Source: an uncultured virus (IMG/VR IMGVR_UViG_3300042257_000233)
Taxonomy: Duplodnaviria > Heunggongvirae > Uroviricota > Caudoviricetes
Strand: one strand, 5' to 3'
IMG/VR virus record: IMGVR_UViG_3300042257_000233
Length of the DNA stretch: 64,000 nt
The notes below the pieces were generated by a model. The model was not told where the DNA came from. It ran no database searches and was given only the letters and a program-made list of their open reading frames with translations. Every line of letters begins with the position of its first letter. Within the stretch, counting starts at the first letter, position 1. Positions 9,947 to 19,800 of this stretch are shown in pieces. The translations under genes and the position numbers were made by a program.

Positions 9947-10169
9947 AAGAAGTGTAAACCAGAAGCGACGCACTGGGAAGTTGCCCGGCGTGTTCCCACC
10001 TGCACCACATACACACAGGGTGTTTTATAATGATTTTGAGATTGACGGCAACCTTACGGTTTCTGGTGACGTTAGCGTTTCTGGGTCGGTCACTTCGGAT
10101 TTTAGCAAGATTATATGTTATGAAAATAAAGTTGTTTGTTACGAGAACAACGTTGTTTCATTGGTGTGA
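9939..10169 (+). CDS. short fibre-like protein
   Basis: IDGNLTVSGDVSVSGSVT beta-repeat. Confidence 0.45.
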   Translation: MDRRSVNQKRRTGKLPGVFPPAPHTHRVFYNDFEIDGNLTVSGDVSVSGSVTSDFSKIICYENKVVCYENNVVSLV

Positions 10170-10172
10170 TGA

Positions 10173-10547
10173 ATGGATTTAAAGACTGTCGGGATTACAC
10201 TTTTATCAAGCACTGACCTGGTAGATATGCAGACTGTTGGGAAAACAGATTTATACACAGTTCCAGCAGGTTATACCGCATACATAACGCATGTTATCAT
10301 TCGCAATCCTTCAGCATCAATGGCTGGTGGTACCGATTATGATTTTGGTGTTGGGGCAACCGCTACTGGATGGAGGCAAACGGTTGGTCTTAATACAATT
10401 ACATCTACGGCAGATTATCGCGTTATCGATACAAACAATGTAGAAAGGACTGAATGCGCAGCGGGTTCTGTTTTTGGTATTTATGTTAATACGGGCACAA
10501 CCGCTGCCTGTACCGCAACGATAGACGTGTTTGGCTATCTTGCGTAG
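10173..10547 (+). CDS. putative structural protein
   Basis: LYTVPAG motif, T/G/A-rich beta protein. Confidence 0.5.
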   Translation: MDLKTVGITLLSSTDLVDMQTVGKTDLYTVPAGYTAYITHVIIRNPSASMAGGTDYDFGVGATATGWRQTVGLNTITSTADYRVIDTNNVERTECAAGSVFGIYVNTGTTAACTATIDVFGYLA

Positions 10548-10555
10548 GAGATTAT

Positions 10556-11209
10556 ATGGCAACGACGAGAAAATTATCTGAAATAGTAACCGAGATTTGC
10601 ACAAGATTAAATGATCCTGATTTGGTTAAATATGCTAATTCATCAACCTATATAGGCCGGGCATCTGCATACTTCTTTCTTGTTATACGGGAAATGCTTG
10701 ATAACCCCCGGCGATACGGGCTAAAGGAAATTGATTATCGCGGTGCTATTCAACGCGAGGAGGTCGCTATCGGGGATGCCTCCACCGAGAACGGCCTCAC
10801 CCTTTTCTCGTCTTTGTCTGGAAATCCTGAAATTGTGCTTGATGTTTACACAAATCCAGATAGCTCAAACACACAATTGCCGTACAATATTGTTACAATA
10901 AATGAGGAATATCCATCATTTGCTGTAAACGTTGAGAGTAAAAACCTAAACTTTTACACACCAAAGGTTGATGTTTATACGGATCGTGGCTGGTATCTTG
11001 TTGAAACTGGTATCCAGTTATATCCAAAAGAGGGGACAGGCACACAAAGCTATTATTTCACCGTTAAATATATCGACGAACTTGATTTTGGAAGCTACGA
11101 TAAAGATACAGAGTTTTATATTGGTGAAGATGGGCTTTTCTCACTGCGGTTTATAGATAAGGCAATCGATTTAACCGTTGCACGGCTTTTACAGGAACGC
11201 AATATATGA
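10556..11209 (+). CDS. putative head-tail adaptor, module A
   Basis: LSEIVTEICTRLND...IQLYP pattern; precedes the nozzle. Confidence 0.6.
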   Translation: MATTRKLSEIVTEICTRLNDPDLVKYANSSTYIGRASAYFFLVIREMLDNPRRYGLKEIDYRGAIQREEVAIGDASTENGLTLFSSLSGNPEIVLDVYTNPDSSNTQLPYNIVTINEEYPSFAVNVESKNLNFYTPKVDVYTDRGWYLVETGIQLYPKEGTGTQSYYFTVKYIDELDFGSYDKDTEFYIGEDGLFSLRFIDKAIDLTVARLLQERNI

Positions 11210-14200
11210 AACGTGTAGTATTGCCATTTACCGGAAGCATGAACGATGTTGTTGACAGCTCTGCGCTTAAAAATGATGCTCTCAATGATATTGTTAACTA
11301 TGAACATAAAGACCCCGGTAAAATAACCAAGCGAGTATCGGTCGCTACGTATAACGCGACATTTAACTCTATAATTTTTGCGACATTTGATGAGGTTATT
11401 TATCAGCCTGACGAACCATTCTACCCAACGCGTCTCCCATCGGACGCCTATTCAGATGTGCTATTCCCTGTGTTTGGTGTAGATGCTGACGGTTATTACA
11501 GGCTTTGTCTGTTTTATCAATATGGTGCGTCTTCTTGGACGTATGAGGACATAGTAATAGATGGTGTTACTTACAACGATGATTCCGTTCTGCGCATTTC
11601 ATATACCGGTAACAAAATGAACATAGCTGATGGTGTAAACAAGTCTCATTTTGTTACAATAAACAAGGATAATGAGTTTGTTTATGCAATAAATGAGATT
11701 CCAAGGCCACTGAATAAACCAAAGGGCGTTGACACCACAGAATACAACCCGTCCATCTTCCAAGAAAATCTTGAAACCGGCAACTACATAAATTACTGCG
11801 GCGTGTATCGCTACTGGTACACATTTGTCACAGAAGATGGAGACGAAAGCAACCCATCACCGGCATCCAACTGGATAGATATGCAGTTCTTTAAAATTGA
11901 TGATGATGGTGTTGACGAGAGACAGGTTAAATCGGTAACAATATCAAACCTTAAAATTACGGATAATGCCGAAGCGATTAAAGATGAGATTAAGTATTTT
12001 AGGATTTATCGTGAAGAGCTTCAATATACAAACGGAATTGAGACTCGGACTCCTTTGTTTATTAAAGAGATAGAGATTTCAGACAAGGACGGCGACAACC
12101 AGTTCACCGACACTATTGCCATTCTTGCCGACAGTATCACCACTGATATTAATTATGAAAACGACTCTTCGCCGGTTGGCGTTGATGTTTGTAACGTTGG
12201 TGGAGTAACCGTTCTTGGTGGGATTAAAAAACGTATAGAGTTCCCATTTGCATTTGATAACTACCGCGAAGTTAAGATAACCAACAATAACGCAAAGAGC
12301 TTTGTTGATGGTGTTGTCCGCATTAAATTCGACGATATTGACGACTTTGGTGTTGACCCTGAAGTGCCAGACTGGGATTATTTGATGGCGAATAAAGATA
12401 AAGTGCGGATGTTCGACAATGACCTGACAACCCCACTCCCTGTTGTATATGAGGTTGACAGCGGCCTTGATACAACTGGATATGTAGACGGAGTAACTGA
12501 TGGTGATTTTTCTTCTGCACTCAATTGGACTACTGGTAGTAACTGGGTGATTTCTGGTGGTAGTGCCTCAAATACTGGAGCTACAGAAGATACTCTTTCA
12601 CAAGATGGAGTTATGGTTGATAAGGGGGCTAATTCTTATCATATTGTCTCTGCCGATTTCCAAATATCATCTGGCGGAGACACCGACGGGCTAACTATCC
12701 AAGATTATAAGCTGCATTATGGTAGTGGTTCGGGCCGCAGGAATGAGATATTTATTGTTGGCGGGAACGGGGCAGACGAAAAATTAAGCATCACAAAGTC
12801 TGCCGGGGCAAGTATACCGTATCTTGACAACGTAAAGGCTTACAGCGATAGTGGAAGCCCGTTTACTCAAAACCTAACAGACCCGGAAATGGAGAATCCT
12901 TCAGAATGGGCCATTGAAACCGGGTCAAGTTGGGTGCATAATACCGGATATTGGAGAAACGAGGAAACTACTGAAAAAAGCAGTCTAACAGGAGCCACAA
13001 CAACGCCAATTGTGGCAGGGACTAAATATCTTGTGACAATGTATTGCAACATTAAGAACGCCTCACCCGGTGATGAGTTGTTTTACGTTTCACTTGGTAC
13101 AACCTATGGACAAAATGGTTTTAGCATAACTGGAAATGGTCAACAATATATCACCCGTGTGGTTGAAGCTGGTAGCGGTGATTGCTGTAAAATATGGAAA
13201 ACAGACGATGGGACTGGTGATTTTTATTATGTTCGTGTTGTTGAAATTGATTATACAGTAAACAGCATAACAACGTATGTCAAATTGCCAGAAATACCAA
13301 TATCTGACAGCAAGACCATATATCAGACTTGGTGCAATAATGGCGGTGCAGAAGGTGTAAACAAAGCGGAATGGCGTGTTGCTGCCTATGGACAGTTTGT
13401 TGATTACAGCAATGCAATAGATTGGGCTTCACAAGAAACCTTTAAGAATGTATCCGTTGAAACAAACAACACAAAAGTATGCGCACCGCTTCAAATTACC
13501 GATGAGGTGTTTAACCGTGCAAACGCAAACATGAACGGTGAGATTGTTGGTAACTGCTCATTTTATACAAATAAAATCTGTTTACTCCCTGCTCTTGGTG
13601 TTGATTTAACAACATCAACAAAAAGCATAAGAATAAGCAGCGCAGTATCACCACCAACTGGTGTTGAGTTTAACTTCCCAGTGGAGCTTGACATCCCCGA
13701 TCGTGGTATTTTTGCTGCTGGATTTGTGAGTATAGACGGGACATATTTAACGGTAGACTCTGCGATAATAGACTTTGAGTTTGAACGCGAGGGGACACAG
13801 CATAACAGACTTTATATTGACTCCTCAGGTAACTGGAAGTGGACGGGGCAAGGAACAACATATACATTTTCAAATATTACAGCGGCAAGCACAGCCGCAG
13901 TGAAAGATTATTTCGTCTGCATATCTTGGGCCGAAGACGATAAAATAAGTCTGTTTGTATACAACCTTACTGACGATGACTTTAGTTATGAGGAAAAAAC
14001 TGGCAGTGAAAGCTATGCAAGATACCAGAACTTGAATATTATATGCCTTGGGTCAAGCAAGGATTCGTTTTATCCGGTACGTAATTCATATTTTGCAAAC
14101 TGGATAGTTGATACGAGCTTTTATCTTTCTGCTTCTGATGAAGCAAACATAAACGCAGTGCAGAACATGGCAAACAGAATGCCATGCACAAACGATGCCG

Positions 14201-15381
14201 TTATTGGATACGATTGGGTTAACGACACGGAAAATACAAACATCGTAATTGGCGATATTGAGAGTGCTGAATATGAAGATTATCTTGATTGGGTAGCGTA
14301 TTCAAAAGTGAACGGTCTTTCTTTCCCCGATAAATACATCAAAAAAGCCGCTGGTGAGGTTTTAAGGATAGTGCCGGTGCCGTCATACCTTAGGAACAGA
14401 ACGTCGTTCTCAAACTCAATTGTCGCGTTTTACAGGAATGGATTTAACGTATTCCCGTTAGAGGGCGACCCGTCCACGTGGAATGATTCTGCGGAGAACC
14501 TGATACCAGAGCGAAAGCGTGATGGTTTGGCTGCACTTAATTCTGTTGTTGTCACACCGTATGGGTTATTCTGGAGATCAGAGGCTGGTGTGATGATGTG
14601 GAATGCGTCACAGTACTCAAACGTATCGCTGAACAGGATAGATATTCCAATAAAAGATAGCATGGTGGGTATTTATATTCCGCTTGCGCAACAATATATC
14701 CTTCACGATAATGATGCAAGCTCAGAAACACTCGAAATATCAATAGCCGATGATAGAATTACACGAACAATCGGAAGCTGGGACACAGACACATACAAGG
14801 TTGGAGATAAGATATTTATATCAGACATGGATACTACGGCTAATAATAAGGGTTTTGTCCTTACTTACGTCAGTTCTTGGCAGCTTTGCATAGATGGTTC
14901 GACAGATGCTGAGACAGAACGGGCAACAATATCAACAACAAAGTCGTATGTTTATGACATCCCAGAAGATAAGTGGACAACATTCACTGGGCTTGATATT
15001 TTATTTGCATCGGCACTAAGTGGCGGTAACACAATTGAAAATGTAAACTTGTTCCTTGACAGATATGGGGAGATTAATAAATATCCAGACTATGACCAAA
15101 GTAAAACAAGTGTTAGTTCTTATGCAACAAAGATTTACAACACATACTACTCAGACTATGAAAACATTGAGCCAGTTATTGAGGGTTCTGGTACTTATGA
15201 GATTGTATCAACTGACACACAGAACTCAAACAGCAAAACAACAACTGGTACGGTTAACAACTACAAAGTTAATCAAATACCGTATGGCTATTATGGAGAA
15301 AAAATTCAGATAAAAATAAAAGATGCTGATGCAATAAAGAACGTTGTTTTAGCATATCGCCCAAGGAATACAAGGAGATAA
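11206..15381 (+). CDS. tail nozzle/stabilisation protein with inserted carbohydrate-binding-like domains, module A
   Basis: 1391 aa; YTFVTEDGDESNPSP, VVTPYGLFWRSEAGV; homologous to 51477-54689 plus 59428-59874. Confidence 0.7.
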   Translation: MKRVVLPFTGSMNDVVDSSALKNDALNDIVNYEHKDPGKITKRVSVATYNATFNSIIFATFDEVIYQPDEPFYPTRLPSDAYSDVLFPVFGVDADGYYRLCLFYQYGASSWTYEDIVIDGVTYNDDSVLRISYTGNKMNIADGVNKSHFVTINKDNEFVYAINEIPRPLNKPKGVDTTEYNPSIFQENLETGNYINYCGVYRYWYTFVTEDGDESNPSPASNWIDMQFFKIDDDGVDERQVKSVTISNLKITDNAEAIKDEIKYFRIYREELQYTNGIETRTPLFIKEIEISDKDGDNQFTDTIAILADSITTDINYENDSSPVGVDVCNVGGVTVLGGIKKRIEFPFAFDNYREVKITNNNAKSFVDGVVRIKFDDIDDFGVDPEVPDWDYLMANKDKVRMFDNDLTTPLPVVYEVDSGLDTTGYVDGVTDGDFSSALNWTTGSNWVISGGSASNTGATEDTLSQDGVMVDKGANSYHIVSADFQISSGGDTDGLTIQDYKLHYGSGSGRRNEIFIVGGNGADEKLSITKSAGASIPYLDNVKAYSDSGSPFTQNLTDPEMENPSEWAIETGSSWVHNTGYWRNEETTEKSSLTGATTTPIVAGTKYLVTMYCNIKNASPGDELFYVSLGTTYGQNGFSITGNGQQYITRVVEAGSGDCCKIWKTDDGTGDFYYVRVVEIDYTVNSITTYVKLPEIPISDSKTIYQTWCNNGGAEGVNKAEWRVAAYGQFVDYSNAIDWASQETFKNVSVETNNTKVCAPLQITDEVFNRANANMNGEIVGNCSFYTNKICLLPALGVDLTTSTKSIRISSAVSPPTGVEFNFPVELDIPDRGIFAAGFVSIDGTYLTVDSAIIDFEFEREGTQHNRLYIDSSGNWKWTGQGTTYTFSNITAASTAAVKDYFVCISWAEDDKISLFVYNLTDDDFSYEEKTGSESYARYQNLNIICLGSSKDSFYPVRNSYFANWIVDTSFYLSASDEANINAVQNMANRMPCTNDAVIGYDWVNDTENTNIVIGDIESAEYEDYLDWVAYSKVNGLSFPDKYIKKAAGEVLRIVPVPSYLRNRTSFSNSIVAFYRNGFNVFPLEGDPSTWNDSAENLIPERKRDGLAALNSVVVTPYGLFWRSEAGVMMWNASQYSNVSLNRIDIPIKDSMVGIYIPLAQQYILHDNDASSETLEISIADDRITRTIGSWDTDTYKVGDKIFISDMDTTANNKGFVLTYVSSWQLCIDGSTDAETERATISTTKSYVYDIPEDKWTTFTGLDILFASALSGGNTIENVNLFLDRYGEINKYPDYDQSKTSVSSYATKIYNTYYSDYENIEPVIEGSGTYEIVSTDTQNSNSKTTTGTVNNYKVNQIPYGYYGEKIQIKIKDADAIKNVVLAYRPRNTRR

Positions 15382-15382
15382 C

Positions 15383-16066
15383 ATGGCGAATCCTTATGAC
15401 AAGTATTTGAATCGGTTGCAGAGCAAGATTTCGCAAGACCCGTATTACCAACAGGCGAGGAGAACAGCCTTTGCAACAATGCCGCAACAAAACAGCTTTG
15501 GTGCATATTTAAACAGAGAGAATGTGCCAGTTGGTGTTGCGTCTCAAATGGAACTTGATAAACAGGCGCAGAGACAGAAGTCACTCACTGGCGTGGTTGA
15601 GAGAGCCGGTGAACTTGATGTTCAGAGAAAGGAACAGATAAGTGATAAGATTGCAGAGATTAAACTTAAACGGGATGAGTATGCAAAGCAGAAAAAAGAC
15701 GCACTAACCAGAACATTGTTTGAGGCTGGTGGTGCCGCGGTTGGAGCTGTTGCAGGCACAGTCGCTGCAGTTGGGACATTGGCTGGTTCTCAAATGGGTG
15801 CCTCTGCCGGACAGATTATCGGCGGGATACAGGGGGATACTCCTGAAGATATTACCGCAGGACTTGGCAATGCAATACAAACATTCTCACAAATATCAAC
15901 AAACAAATCACTGAAAAAACTTGGTGCATCAACCGGTAAGGCAGCAGAGATATTGTCTGGGATAGAAGACCCAGCACAGAGGCAAGCATTTTTAATGGAA
16001 TTTAATGTATTACGCACAACAGGAAATTATGATGGCATCGATGATCTTATCGGTAAATATCAGTAG
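15383..16066 (+). CDS. putative ejection (internal virion) protein
   Basis: Q/A/G-rich helical protein with glycine-zipper segment. Confidence 0.6.
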   Translation: MANPYDKYLNRLQSKISQDPYYQQARRTAFATMPQQNSFGAYLNRENVPVGVASQMELDKQAQRQKSLTGVVERAGELDVQRKEQISDKIAEIKLKRDEYAKQKKDALTRTLFEAGGAAVGAVAGTVAAVGTLAGSQMGASAGQIIGGIQGDTPEDITAGLGNAIQTFSQISTNKSLKKLGASTGKAAEILSGIEDPAQRQAFLMEFNVLRTTGNYDGIDDLIGKYQ

Positions 16067-16080
16067 AGCGGGGGCGGTTC

Positions 16081-16869
16081 ATGGCTTTAGCAGAAAAAAT
16101 TAGTCGGATATGGGATGAGCAAGAGAAAACCAAACAGAAGTTTATGGCTGAGGTGTACCAAAACATGCAGCAGATTGATGCCATGAAAACACAGCGTGAG
16201 GTCGAGAACAGACAGAAACTTGAACGTGAACAACTGCGCAAAGCGCAGACAATAACCGGGACACAGACAACACTAACCGATACCGGGCAAACAATCACAA
16301 CAGCCTACGAATCTGGCCGCACTCGCATGGACGTAACAGAAGACAAGAGAACACCAAAGCCAGTTGCACCAACATACCGTGAAATTAAATCTGGTGACGA
16401 AATTATAACATTACAAAACGGAAAAGAAATTGCAAGAAGTCCACGATTTAAAGAAACACAAAAAGAAGAATTCAAATTAGATGAATACGTTAACAAACAA
16501 AAGGCTCAGGATTATGTTTCTGAAATAACCAAAACAGAAGGAAACATTGCAGCAATAAACTCTGATATAACAACAACAACCGAAGAGATAGACGCAAAAA
16601 AGGCGGAGCTTGCATCTCTTGGTTCTGCAAGAAAGACAAGAGACCAGCGCAATTTACTGAGTCAGGAAATAAGTGAACTTGAAAAAACACTTAAATACTA
16701 CAACGCAGAACTTAAAGCAGAACAGAAAAGATATATGGCTGCTACCGATGGTCTTAAAAAACTTGGCAAGAAAAAAACAAGTGCGGACGTTGGCACAACG
16801 GGTAATAACAGGTTGACTGATGATGAGCGTAACCAAGCAAACAACATAACAGGAAAGTTGGGATTTTGA
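16081..16869 (+). CDS. putative ejection protein (coiled coil)
   Basis: Synteny and composition. Confidence 0.55.
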   Translation: MALAEKISRIWDEQEKTKQKFMAEVYQNMQQIDAMKTQREVENRQKLEREQLRKAQTITGTQTTLTDTGQTITTAYESGRTRMDVTEDKRTPKPVAPTYREIKSGDEIITLQNGKEIARSPRFKETQKEEFKLDEYVNKQKAQDYVSEITKTEGNIAAINSDITTTTEEIDAKKAELASLGSARKTRDQRNLLSQEISELEKTLKYYNAELKAEQKRYMAATDGLKKLGKKKTSADVGTTGNNRLTDDERNQANNITGKLGF

Positions 16870-19800
16870 TGATAGAAAACAAAAAAGTTACATGGCAAGA
16901 TGTTATTAATGACCAAGATTTTATTGATGCGCCAATTGCTGTTAAGCAAGAGGTTGCAAGCAGGTATTATCATAACGTGGTAGCCCAAGATGAGAATTTT
17001 GTTGCTGCTGACGACGCTGTTCGTAAAGAAGTAACAAATCGATTTAATGACGCTCTACAAATAGAGTTTGATAAAGAGAATCAGAGATTTCTTGATTGGC
17101 ACAATAATTTATTTTCATATTACAAAAATGACAATTTCCAAAACATGAACACCGAGCAACAAGTAAACGCAGCAATAGAAAACTTATCTTCGTATAAGTC
17201 TCGGTTTTTAGATTATTTGCCAAAAGAACATCGAGCCGAACTCAGTTCTCTTATTAGAGAAGAGAAAGATAAATTTTTGCAAATAAAAAATGACTATGAT
17301 AATGAAACGGCAGAGATAAAAGATATATTGGAAACTGGTGATGATGCTAAATTCAAGAACAACGACAAGGATGCTGCCTTTAATTCGGCACAACAAATAT
17401 ACCAGAAAACAAATGACATTAATCTTGCATTAGAAACATACCATAATCAAAGAGCATTAACGAAAAGGCTTATTGGAGAGCAATATCAAGAATTACAAAA
17501 TAAGGCAGAAAAACGTGGTATCTTAAACCCACTTTATACCGCTGCTGGTAATTTGGCAATGATGGGTGTTGGATTAGCAGGGTTTACTGACTCATTTCTA
17601 AATCAAGGTAAGCCAAACTCTAAACTAAAAGAAACAATCAAGAACATGAATAAAGTTCAACAGTTTTCAGTTACTACAAAAGCACACGACAAGGACGGAT
17701 TTAAGGGGAATATTTTAAAGGGTCGTGTTGGTGCTGCTGCTGATTTTGTCGTGAGAAAATCTGTTGAGTCATCTCCAATCTCAATGATAGCACTTGCCTC
17801 TGGAATGATTGGGTTGCCAGAAGTGGGGCTTGCATTAATTGGCACACTGTCTACAGGTGGGCAATATGCACAATTAACAGATGACACATTTAATGGTATG
17901 CCGGAGCAAAAAAAGATATTTAATTCTGCATTAAATGGAATGTCCGAGGTTATTACTGAGCAATTTGGTACAATGAAGAATGTAGCAAAATGGGGAAAGT
18001 TGGCCAAAAGAATTGGGCGTCAGCAGGCACAAGATCAATTAAGTAAAGAAATGAAGAGAAGTTTTTTAAAATCTATCGGTGAGAGGACAGCAGAGGGCTT
18101 TAAGGAAGAATTTTTAGAAGAGGGGTTTAATGGTATTGCAGGTAATGCAATTGCTTATGCTACTGGTGAAACAGATGAATTTAATTTAACCGACGGCGTG
18201 ATCGATGACGCATTTATTGGCGGGTTTAGCTCTTTGGGGTTAACCGGGACTGCTGGTGTTGCGCAAATTGCATTAGCAAAGGCACAATACAAGGCACAGT
18301 TAAAAGATATTGAAAGGGCGGCAGAAATTGAAAAACTAATTGGTGCAGAGTATATAAAGTCCGTCATCCCAGCTGTAAATAAATTCAAGAAAAAAATTAA
18401 TGGGAGATATGCACCTGATTATTACGGCGAAGAGAATCTGAATACGTTAAACAAACAAATAGAGAACATTGAAGCATCAATTGAAAGTGGTGATGCAGAC
18501 GGTGTGAAATTAAAAATATCAGTATTAAACCATTGGTTACAATCAGGCCAAATACAGCCAATAATCTTCAATGAAAATAATACAATGGGCAAAGACGCTG
18601 CCTTTGGATCAGAAGAGGTAACGGAAGAAACACCTGCTCCCGGGCAATTCACCCCAGAACAGGAAATGGCAAACACCGCAACGATCCTCACCAACAAGGC
18701 AGATGCAATAACTGAGCTATTAAATTCCGGTGATCTTGCTAATGCCGGGATTGAGCTTGATAGTATTGCAAAGGCAATTGAAGAACGCCCAGACAGCTTT
18801 AACCGACTCTTTGCAACCGAAGAGGGTAAAGAGCTGGCAATACTCCTTGATGAGCTTGACAAGCAATACACAGAGGCACAGGAAAACCTTACGACATTTG
18901 AGCGCAGGGCAGTGGACGCTAAGAAAAAACAAGTAGAGGAAGCTCAGGCCGAAGAGGAACAGACCGAAGAAGCCACCGAAACAGAGGTAATTGAGCAAGC
19001 AGAGATTCAAGCCGAAGAACCGGTAGAGCAAGAAGAAATAACCGAGCAGGCCGAAAGCACACCGAAACCGACGGTGAAATCAAAAAGCAGGAAGCCAAAG
19101 GCAGAGGCCAAGAAGCAGAAGACCTATGTACGTACCAGCAAGGGAGTATTTGAAGTAGAGCGAGAGACCGATAAAAGCTGGATACTCACCAATGGTACCA
19201 TTGCACGCAAAAGTGCCAAAGGCAACAGCATATCTACCGAGATGGCGTATAAGCGAAGTCTTGCCCGGCGCAAAGCACCCAGAAAACGCAAAGTAACCGA
19301 CGAGGTGAACTTGCGCACCAGCAATATCACGCCAGAGCGCACACCATTTCTTGACCATTTTAAAAGCACCGGGATGCAAACCAGTGATGTTGATTTGAAG
19401 AACTACCGCATCGGGATAAAGCCATTATTCAGCAAAGACGGTGTTGAGCTGGACAGAGTAATGGAGACCCTGAGTGACGACCACCCATTATGGGCTATGA
19501 CTCAGGGTGATACCGAAGCGTACAAACAAGGACTGCTGGGCGAGATAGACAAACTGTATAATCTTGGTGATGGGAGCTGGGATGAAGCAGATATGGAGCA
19601 GCAGGAAGCACTTGCAAATCAGCGCCAGGCAGAAGAAGAAGCTGCACAGCTTTTGAAGAAAGCTGAGAAGATACCGGCCATGGATCTAAACTTGAATGAC
19701 AAAGTAAAGTGGGTAGACCCGGAAACCGGGCTGGTGCATGAAGGAGTGGTGGTAGATGAAATGCCATGGTCAAAGGTGATTCAGAATAACGTGACAATGG

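Noticed and set aside
9939..10547. Stop-codon readthrough or recoding (two ORFs in frame across TGA TGA)
   Set aside because: Double stop, GGTG before the second ATG, and other genes end normally in TGA, TAG and TAA
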